Shown: positions 56,265-64,000 of the stretch, piece after piece
How positions within the stretch are numbered: position 1 is the stretch's first letter
Layout of the letters: each line of letters begins with the position of its first letter
NCBI GenBank assembly: GCA_965240325.2
Contig: OZ251226.1
Span: 868,001 to 932,000, forward strand
Direction: 5' to 3'
Length of the DNA: 64,000 bases
Source of the DNA: Rebecca billardiae RCC1528
Lineage: Eukaryota; Protista; Haptophyta
Notes under the pieces: generated by a model
The model's input: the letters and a program-made list of their open reading frames with translations, nothing else
What the model was told of the DNA's origin: nothing
The model's database searches: none
Program-made: the position numbers and the translations under genes

Positions 56265-57716
56265 TCACGTCGCCACGGAGCGTTGCCACGCGGCCGCAGC
56301 CCGGCATCGCTGCCGCACCGCGGACGCGAGCGGCGCTGGCTCGAGCGAGTCGCACGTGCCCGCCATGGCGCGCGCGAACGCCTCCGTCCTGTCCGCGAGC
56401 GCGCCTGCGAGGTAGGCGTCCGTAGTGCGCTCAGCGCGCGCGTCGACCGCGCGCGCGAGCTGCGCGCGGTACGACTGCTGCCGTGGCGCGCCGCCGCGCG
56501 CGCCGCCCGGCGGCTCCACGCACGAGGCCGTCGCGTTCTCCCACACGAGCGGCGCGTCGCAGCCGCCGCCGGCGGACGTGAAGTAGCCCACGGCCCAGCC
56601 GCGCCGCTCGATGCGCTCGATCTCCGCGTCGGACGTCGCGTGGTAGTGGTTCACCGCCGCGTGCGAGAAGTCGAGCGCGCAGCAGCCCGCGCCCGCGACC
56701 GAGCAGCCGACCAAGCCCGCGGTGAGCCGCACCTGGCGCGCGCCCCTGCGCTGCAGCTTGTGCAGGCCCATCGGCCGCTCGCCACGGCGCGCCATGGTCT
56801 TGACCTGCGCGTTGACGAGCGCGCAGCCCGCCTCGCGCCGCGCCTTCGTCCCCGCGCGCGGCGCGCACCAGGCCACCCCGACGGGCACGTGACAGCAGCT
56901 CTCGTCCGTCACGTGCGTCTGCGCGCGCATCGCGGCGACCGTGCGCAGCGGCGCGTCCGCGCGCGCCGGCTGCTCCGAGCCCGGCGCGCGCTGCCGGCCG
57001 ACGAAGCGCTGGTTGACGAGCGCCGCGGCGACGGGCGGCCCGGGCACGCGCTCGAGCAGCAGCGCGAGCTGCGGAAGCGTCCACGCGCTCGGCGCGCGCA
57101 GAACGAGCAGCTCGTCCACGTCCACGTACAGCAGCCACTCGACCGAGCCGTCGCCGTGCACCGCGTCCGCGTTGTACGCGCCGATCTGCGCGTACGACGG
57201 GTGGTCGCGCGAGCTCCACGCGGTGTGCACGACGAGCCCCGCGCGGACGAACGGGGCGAGCGCGCGGCGCATCGGCGCCAGCTCGGCCTCGGACGCGCCG
57301 TTGTCGAAGACGAACACCTTGGCCGCGCGCAGCACCGCCAGGTAGTAGGAGGCCCACTCGCCGATCCGCTCCGCCTCGTCGCGGGTGATGCAGACCACGC
57401 CGACGCGCGGGAGCCTGGCGCCGCGCGCGATGGTCGCGTTCTGCGCCCACACATGCCGCGCGGCCGCCGCATTGAGGGCGTGCGGGGTTGGCATCCAGCG
57501 TGGCGCGCGCGCGGGCGCATACGCGCCCGCCGCGCCCGGCCGGCGGAAGTTGCCAGCGCCGCCGACCCAGCGGTACGGGGGACCTGCTGCCATCTGCGGC
57601 CGCGGCTGGAAGCGGCCTGGCTGGAGGTGCGCTGGCCGCGCTGCAATGAGTGCGGCCACCGCCCACAGGGCGCCGCGCGCACGATCGCCGCGCATGGGCC
57701 TGGCGCGGCGGCCCAT
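56265..57716 (-). CDS. Glycosyltransferase family 92/GT2-like
   Basis: CITRDEAERIGEW..Y..VFVFDNGA, QIGAYN, WLLYVDVDELL (DxD), VNHY. Confidence 0.8.
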   Translation of the reverse strand: MGRRARPMRGDRARGALWAVAALIAARPAHLQPGRFQPRPQMAAGPPYRWVGGAGNFRRPGAAGAYAPARAPRWMPTPHALNAAAARHVWAQNATIARGARLPRVGVVCITRDEAERIGEWASYYLAVLRAAKVFVFDNGASEAELAPMRRALAPFVRAGLVVHTAWSSRDHPSYAQIGAYNADAVHGDGSVEWLLYVDVDELLVLRAPSAWTLPQLALLLERVPGPPVAAALVNQRFVGRQRAPGSEQPARADAPLRTVAAMRAQTHVTDESCCHVPVGVAWCAPRAGTKARREAGCALVNAQVKTMARRGERPMGLHKLQRRGARQVRLTAGLVGCSVAGAGCCALDFSHAAVNHYHATSDAEIERIERRGWAVGYFTSAGGGCDAPLVWENATASCVEPPGGARGGAPRQQSYRAQLARAVDARAERTTDAYLAGALADRTEAFARAMAGTCDSLEPAPLASAVRQRCRAAAAWQRSVAT

Positions 57717-57758
57717 GCGCGTCGATGTGCTCGGGCCAACTGTGGTTCTCGGTTACGG

Positions 57759-57807
57759 TACAGTTTACTAAGAATAAGAGACGCACACAGCTCAGGCAGG
57801 CGAGATT
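57759..57807 (+). mobile_element. Family A TIR (solo), between divergent genes
   Basis: TACAGTTTACTAAGAATAAGAGACGCACACAGCTCAGGCAGGCGAGAT, about 15 bp before the ATG at 57823. Confidence 0.8.
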
Positions 57808-57822
57808 GACGCCCACGCCCAG

Positions 57823-59775
57823 ATGAGGAGCCCCAAGTGCGATCATGCCGGCTGCACGACGGTGCCATCATTCGGCATGCCAGGCGACACGGGCGCCAGC
57901 CGCTGTGCTCAGCACAAGCTGGCTGGCATGGTCGATGTGAAGAGTCGCAAGTGCAATCATGCCGGCTGCACGACGTGGCCATCATACGGCATGCCAGGCG
58001 ACACGCGCGCCAGCCGGTGCGCTGAGCACAAGCTGGCCGGCATGGTCGATGTGAAGAGTCGCAAGTGCAATCATGCCGGCTGCACGACGTGGCCATCATA
58101 CGGCATGCCAGGCGACACGCGCGCCAGCCGGTGCGCTGAGCACAAGCTGGCCGGCATGGTCGATGTGGTGAACCGCAAGTGCGGTCATGCCGGCTGCGCG
58201 ACACGGCCATCATACGGCATGCCGGGCGACAAGCGCGCCAGCCGGTGCGCTGAGCACAAGCTGGCCGGCATGGTCGATGTGAGGAACCCCAAGTGCGGTC
58301 ATGCCGGCTGCACGAAGGCGCCATCATACGGCATGCCAGGCGACACGCGCGCCAGCCGATGCGCTGAGCACAAGCTGGCCGGCATGGTGAATGTGGTGAG
58401 CCCCAAGTGCGATCATGCCGGCTGCACGAAGGGGCCTTCATACGGCATGCCGGGCGACACGCGCGCCAGCCGGTGCGCTGGGCACAAGCTGGAGGGCGTG
58501 GTGAATGTGGTGAGCCCCAAGTGCGATCATGCCGGCTGCACAAAACAGCCGTCATGCGGCATGCCGGGCGACACGCGCGCCAGCCGGTGCGCTGAGCACA
58601 AGCTGGCCGGCATGGTCAATGTGAAGAGTCCCATGTGCGATCATGCCGGCTGCACGACGCTGCCATCATACGGCATGCCGGGCGACACGCGCGGCAGCCG
58701 GTGCGCTGAGCACAAGCTGGCCGGCATGGTCAATGTGAAGAGTCCCATGTGCGATCATGCCGGCTGCACGACGCTGCCATCATACGGCATGCCGGGCGAC
58801 ACGCGCGGCAGCCGGTGCGCTGAGCACAAGCTGGCCGGCATGGTCAATGTGAGGAGCCGCAAGTGTGATCATGCCGGCTGCACGAAGGGGCCTTCATACG
58901 GCATGCCGGGCGACACGCGCGCCAGCCGGTGCGCTGGGCACAAGCTGGAGGGCATGGTGAATGTGGTGAGCCCCAAGTGCGATCATGCCGGCTGCATGAA
59001 GGGGCCGCCATACGGCATGCCGGGCGACATTCGCGGCAGCCGGTGCGCTGAGCACAAGCTGGACGGCATGGTCAATGTGACGAGCCGCAAGTGCGATCAT
59101 GCCGGCTGCACGACGCTGCCATCATACGGCATGCCGGGCGACACGCGCGGCAGCCGGTGCGCTGAGCACAAGCTGGCCGGCATGGTCAATGTGAGGAGCC
59201 GCAAGTGTGATTATGTCGGCTGCACGAAGGCGCCGTCATACGGCATGCTGGGCGACGCGCGCCCCAGTCGGTGTGCTCAGCACAAGCTGGCCGGCATGGT
59301 CGACAGAGACAATCTCACCGTGCACAAGCGGCGCAGGCTGGCAGAACACCCAGGCAGCCAGCCAATGCACAACGCCAAGCGACAGCGAGAGCACACCGAC
59401 CTCAGAGCCGCTACTGCACGCGGTGTCGCCATTGGCATTGCACTGCAGCAGTCGCCGCTGCCGCCGCCACTGCCCACAGCCCAAGTCCCGCTCTGGCGCT
59501 CACCTGACGGTGTCACTCACGGCAACGATGTTCACATTGGTGCCGAGCAGGACCTACCGCAGCCGCAGTCGTGCTCGCGGAGCCAAGATGATCCTGCTCA
59601 GCCTTGCGATGCCCGTGGTGGCTTTGCCCGACGAGCAGCTCCAACGTGTGTGCATCAGTCTGTGGTCCCCGTTCCAGACGGTGTTGTCACTGCGCAAAGG
59701 GTCGTTCTCCCACCGGATGATCCTCGGCTGCGTCTGCTTTGCACGGCGACCCTGGTCTCCGACTCCAGCGGCTGA
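57823..59775 (+). CDS. EsV-1-7-type cysteine-rich repeat protein (13 x 38 aa) with NLS-like motifs and Pro/Gln-rich tail
   Basis: Unit C-x-HAGC-xxx-PSYGMPGD-xxx-SRC-xx-HKL-x-GMV(N/D)V, 114-bp period from 57838; fits the EsV-1-7/IMM repeat pattern recognised by eye; HKRRR and AKRQR follow the array. Confidence 0.85.
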   Translation: MRSPKCDHAGCTTVPSFGMPGDTGASRCAQHKLAGMVDVKSRKCNHAGCTTWPSYGMPGDTRASRCAEHKLAGMVDVKSRKCNHAGCTTWPSYGMPGDTRASRCAEHKLAGMVDVVNRKCGHAGCATRPSYGMPGDKRASRCAEHKLAGMVDVRNPKCGHAGCTKAPSYGMPGDTRASRCAEHKLAGMVNVVSPKCDHAGCTKGPSYGMPGDTRASRCAGHKLEGVVNVVSPKCDHAGCTKQPSCGMPGDTRASRCAEHKLAGMVNVKSPMCDHAGCTTLPSYGMPGDTRGSRCAEHKLAGMVNVKSPMCDHAGCTTLPSYGMPGDTRGSRCAEHKLAGMVNVRSRKCDHAGCTKGPSYGMPGDTRASRCAGHKLEGMVNVVSPKCDHAGCMKGPPYGMPGDIRGSRCAEHKLDGMVNVTSRKCDHAGCTTLPSYGMPGDTRGSRCAEHKLAGMVNVRSRKCDYVGCTKAPSYGMLGDARPSRCAQHKLAGMVDRDNLTVHKRRRLAEHPGSQPMHNAKRQREHTDLRAATARGVAIGIALQQSPLPPPLPTAQVPLWRSPDGVTHGNDVHIGAEQDLPQPQSCSRSQDDPAQPCDARGGFARRAAPTCVHQSVVPVPDGVVTAQRVVLPPDDPRLRLLCTATLVSDSSG

Positions 59776-59904
59776 CGCAGGTAGATCCCGCGTCAGCGGC
59801 GGCCGTTCACCGGCTGACCGTCGGCGCGACAGCGCGCGCGGCCCTGAGATGAAAGTGCCAGTTGACTAGATATAACTATACGACTTATTGACTCATCAGA
59901 ATAA

Positions 59905-62124
59905 TGGCCCGCGGTGCAGGGCGGAGCGCGCAGCGTGGAGCCCGCTCCGCGGGCACTAACCACGTTTCAAAAAGATCTTTGATCAAAGAAAAAAGGGACG
60001 GGGGACGATTTTCAGGGCTGGAGGAGACCGTCGAGTTTCGAATTTTGAGACGGCATCATAGAGGTATGGATCCATTCAAGCGAGAAAAGGCGGACGCGTC
60101 CGCTCTTTTGATATAGTCAGAGGAATCAACGAAACCCACTTCCAAGTGTCCGAGGGTGGGTAATTGTGGGTAGACCGTGACCATAGTAAATAAGCACATG
60201 ACCATAGTAAAACAAGCATAGTCAGTTATAACAGGCCTCGCTATTAAATTCCCCTTTATAACGGGCTCCGGGTGATCAGACTGGCGGCCGAAGCCTCCAG
60301 CCCTACCCTGGCCAGCCCCCAACCAACCACCACCCTCACCCAACCTCAAAACTGAAAACCACTGACCGATACACCAAGGCCCTGCCGGCCTCGCCGCCAC
60401 TAATAATAGGGACCGTTGGTCGCGCGCCCGCCTTGATCAGCCGCGGTCACGGCTTTCGCTCTGAGCGAGCTTTGCTCGCTGGCAGCGCCCCGCCCTGGCC
60501 CACCCCGACCGGGGGTGACGTCGCCGCAGTGACGCGCGTGGCGGTGGCGGGGGCCGGCCGGCCGCTGGTCTCGCCCTCGCGCTCTGCTCTCCCCGAGCGC
60601 GCCTGTCGCCTCGCAGGCCGCGCGTCTCGCCCTCTCGCTCCGCTCTCCCCGAGGCTGAGCTCGCCCGCCTGTCACCTCGGCAGGCGCGCGCCAGACACGG
60701 TCACGGAGCGCACACACCAGTTGCGTCGCGCTGCGCACGGAGCATGCGCGACGAGATCGCGGCGGGGGCGGCGAGATCGCGGCGGGGGCGACGGGCAACA
60801 ACCTGCCCGCGGGCGCGTTCGTCACTCGAGGAGCAGCGCGCAAGGGCGAGCCGAGTCCGGAGCACGCGAGCTCTGTCGCTCGCCGACCGGAGCAGAGCGC
60901 GCCGCCAAGCGAGCGGCGCGGCAGAGCTGATGAGCCGGATGCGCCCGGAGCTCGCGCGGCTGAAGGGCGAGCTCGAGCACGCGAGCTCGCGCCTCGACGC
61001 CGAGCGCAAGCTCCTCCTCAACTCGGTCGACGGCGGCGCGGAGGTGCAGCAGCGTGAGGACGAGCAGGAGCATCAGTGAAACCGGAAACGCGCGCCGGTT
61101 CCTGGGTCGCGCAGCGGCGCCCAGCTGCCTGCACGCGAGCGGCGGCCACGTAGCGCGAGGAGCTGCGTGGGGAAATCGCCGCGCGCGTCGACGCGGCGAT
61201 CACCGGGCTGCAGGCCTCGGCAATCGACGCGGTGCGCACCCTCGCCGCCAGCCGCGACGACTCCGCCGTCGAGCTGCAGCAGCTGCGCGCGCAGATGCCA
61301 GAAGTGCCGATGGGCGGCGGCGTATCAGCAGGCTGACGTGCACGAGCACGTGACACGCGGAGGCGCTAGGCGCCAAGCTGGCGAAGTGCGGCGCCGAGCT
61401 CGACGAGCTGAGCGACGCGGCAACGGACGCGCTGGGCGCCCGCGCCGCCATCGTCGCGGCGCCCTCCAGCAGCTCGAGCAGCTGTGGATAGATGGCTGTC
61501 GAGGCGACCGCGGGTGTGACTCACAGTGTGAGTGACTCACTGAGTGAGCGCGCGCGGCTCAGCCTGCCGCTGGCAGCCGCCGTCTTCGAGGCCGACGCGG
61601 CGGAGGAGGCGGCGGGCGAGCACGGCGGCGCGGTGGAGCAGGCGCGCACGCGCGGCGGCAGGCGCGACGCGCCGCTCGCCTCGTTCCACCGCCCCGAGCT
61701 CCGCTCGGTCGGTCTTGGTGCGCGGCTGCGCAGCCGGCAGGCCGGGGCCAGCAGTGGCGCGCGCTCTCGCTCTGCCGGCACGAGGCGCGCCGGCTGAGCG
61801 ACCAGCGGCCCGTCGTCGAGCGCATGGCGCAGGGCGAGTACCTCAAGCAGGTGCGCCCGCTCGCGCGCACACGCCGGCTCGCGCCGCGCCAGCGCCTCTC
61901 GGCCTCGCCCTGCCTGCGCGCGCGCGCCGGCCGCTAGTCCCCGCGGCGGCCCGCGGCGACAGTCCTCGGCCCGCCGGCCCGGTGGGCGGCAGTGACTGAG
62001 TTGGCGGTGGCAGCTCGTCAGGCGAACTGTTACACATGTCAGACTGAGACAGCAGCCGACGGAGGGTGCACCGCGGGCCCCGAACTATGTTCGTTCTACG
62101 GAAAAAGACCGCGGAACGCGGTCA
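59905..62124 (+). mobile_element. Asymmetric-TIR + hairpin element, copy 6
   Basis: Starts TGGCCCGCGGTGCA; inverted copy at 62067-62079; ends GACCGCG-GAA-CGCGGTC-A. Confidence 0.75.
60744..61850 (+). pseudogene. Disrupted coiled-coil gene fragment inside element copy 6
   Basis: Heptad-like peptides in shifting frames (ELARLKGELEHASSRLDAERKLL; LRGEIAARVDAAITGLQ..VELQQLRAQM), broken by stops and insertions. Confidence 0.45.
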
Positions 62125-63513
62125 TACTGTAGTACTGTAACTATTCGGTAAGCAGAGACGCACACAGCCAGCAGCCGCAGGCATAAAGACTGGCCGCGGC
62201 AGTAAGAGCCTCCGGATGGAGGCCGCTCGTTTTGAACGCGCTCCAGCGCGCGGCGAGGTGACTGGTGAGGCCCAGGTGAGGACTGAGGCGTGCTGCGCCA
62301 TTCCGCATTCGGCGCTGTGGACGCCTCGAGGGCGTCAAGGTGGACCTGGCACCCAAGTGGCGGTCGCCACCTGGATCGGCCTCTCCGCGCCGTGCGAGGC
62401 CGCGGCGCGCGGGCGGTACACGACCTCCTGTCTGACGGCCGAAGGTCCGAGTGGGCAGCCCTCAGCGCGTTTCGCCAGCGGAGCTGCCCGGGCGGCCGGC
62501 GCCAAAATGTTTTTCTGCTTCGATTTCACGGTAATAGGCGACCACTCGGACCAGTCCTGGCGCAGTAATTAGTCCTGGCGCAGCGTTACTTCGTGTCGAC
62601 GATCGGGCACTGCCGCCGACGAATCACCGGAGACCCGCGTCGTCCTACCTGTGTCGTTAAATCATAGTTAGAATGATTCAGGAACAAGCTGCCGTAGTTA
62701 CAGGGTGGCTCCAACACGAAACTGGACACTTTGGGCAGCAGCTCAGCGTACGGCCTGTGGCTGCCTCGCGCGGGGTCAGGAGCGGCCAGCTCGGCTCGTG
62801 TGCACCCCATTGGGTTTATCTGCGACCGCGCATAGCCGGGAAGCCCGCGTTGAGCACCCTTCTAGGTCATGCGGACAGTCGGCACAAGGCTGGTCATGAG
62901 GGCCGTGCCGGCAGCAGCCGCGTGGCTTCTGCGTATGTTTGTAGCTAGCCAGCAAGCCCGCTCAAGGCCGCCCAGATATTATAACGTGGCATGGTCGCTG
63001 ACTATGCGACATGCGCTCGACAGCCTGCTGGGCAAGCCCGGGCGTAGCGCTACACCAGGAGCATATACGGCCCCGATCGGTCCAGCCTACCAGTTGCACA
63101 CCTCTCTTGCACAGCTGCTGTCACACAGCCAGTCGATCGGCTCTGGCCGTGCAGGCAAGGGCTACACTCGGCGCCACTACCCGCAGCGAACGCTGGAGGC
63201 CCACCAGAGCGCACACCAACCCGCCCGCCGTCAAATGCAACCGTGCGCCAGATACGAATTTCAGTGTTATGCATGCCACTCAGTACTCACGGCCCGCACG
63301 GCGGGGCTCCGTAGAGCTGTTCAGAGCCAACCGCTAGTGGGTTGAGCTGTACATCCAAGCCAGCCCTGGCCACACGCAGAGCGCGCCACTATGGCGCTAC
63401 TGAGAGCCTCTGGCCTTTGCTCTGGCCCATCTCATCGTCAGGAGCCGTAGTCAGCAATAATCAGTGTCCGAACAATTGTTGGGGCGGACCCTGTATGAAC
63501 AGGCCGCCGCACG

Positions 63514-64000
63514 ATGGCGGCCGCGGCTCGAGCGTGGGCCATCGTGGCCCTCATCCCCGCCGTGCCGTCGTCGCCCCCGGTGGTGAGGCGAGACGCATCA
63601 GCCTTCGACTGCCAGGCGCACGCGGCCTGCCGGCGCACGTCGTTCTGGGTGCTGTGCCCGGAGAGCGACGCCAACAGCACGGCGCGCGCGCTCCGCCACT
63701 CGTGGCTGCGCGGCGCGCACATGCGATGCGCGGTGAGCCCGGGGCCGCACGAGTACGCGCCGGGCGTCACGCGGCTCCCGATGGTGCCGCTCGACCCGCA
63801 GACCGCGCGCGTCGCCAAGCCGTCGACGAGCGGCCTCCACCCGCAGTTCTCCGCCGGCTCGGAGGCGGGTGCCGAGTCGCTACGCGCGCTCAACCTCTTC
63901 CTTCAGCGCAAGGTGTACGCGACGCTCCGGGGCATGTGCGAGGAGCTGATCTCGCAGCGCTTCGACCACTTCGTCATGCTCGACGCGGACACTGCCGTCA
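63514..64000 (+). CDS. Glycosyltransferase (GT31/Fringe-like), runs off the window end
   Basis: Open frame from ATG 63514 (MAAAARAWAIVALIP) to FDHFVMLDADTAV (DxD); absent from the ORF track because there is no stop. Confidence 0.65.
   Translation, partial: MAAAARAWAIVALIPAVPSSPPVVRRDASAFDCQAHAACRRTSFWVLCPESDANSTARALRHSWLRGAHMRCAVSPGPHEYAPGVTRLPMVPLDPQTARVAKPSTSGLHPQFSAGSEAGAESLRALNLFLQRKVYATLRGMCEELISQRFDHFVMLDADTAV

Overview
GC-rich eukaryotic genomic DNA with short GT-AG introns. A signal peptide plus ASAF-type plastid-targeting motif on EF-P points to an alga with a complex red plastid; a haptophyte such as Pavlovales is my inference, not proven. About 22 protein-coding genes are supported. 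Housekeeping/other genes: DEAH helicase, HMG-CoA synthase, LysM protein, DnaJ/zinc-ribbon protein, EML-like WD40 protein, FKBP-TPR-cyclophilin, plastid EF-P, IMPase/PAP phosphatase, S74 chaperone-domain protein, RCC1 protein, VMA21. Glycan-modifying genes: FkbM-like methyltransferase, two sulfotransferases, pyruvyltransferase, GT92, GT31-like. Mobile DNA is abundant: a recent, internally deleted Ty1/copia element; six paired copies of a non-autonomous element with asymmetric inverted repeats and a 3' hairpin (Helitron2/Helentron-like) carrying different cargo; a triple-nested insertion; and a 0.9-kb foldback. The most striking candidate system is a 13 x 38-aa EsV-1-7-type Cys/His repeat array (57823-59775). 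Its units are nearly identical except at a few hypervariable positions, and NLS-like motifs follow, giving a TALE/PRDM9-like design.
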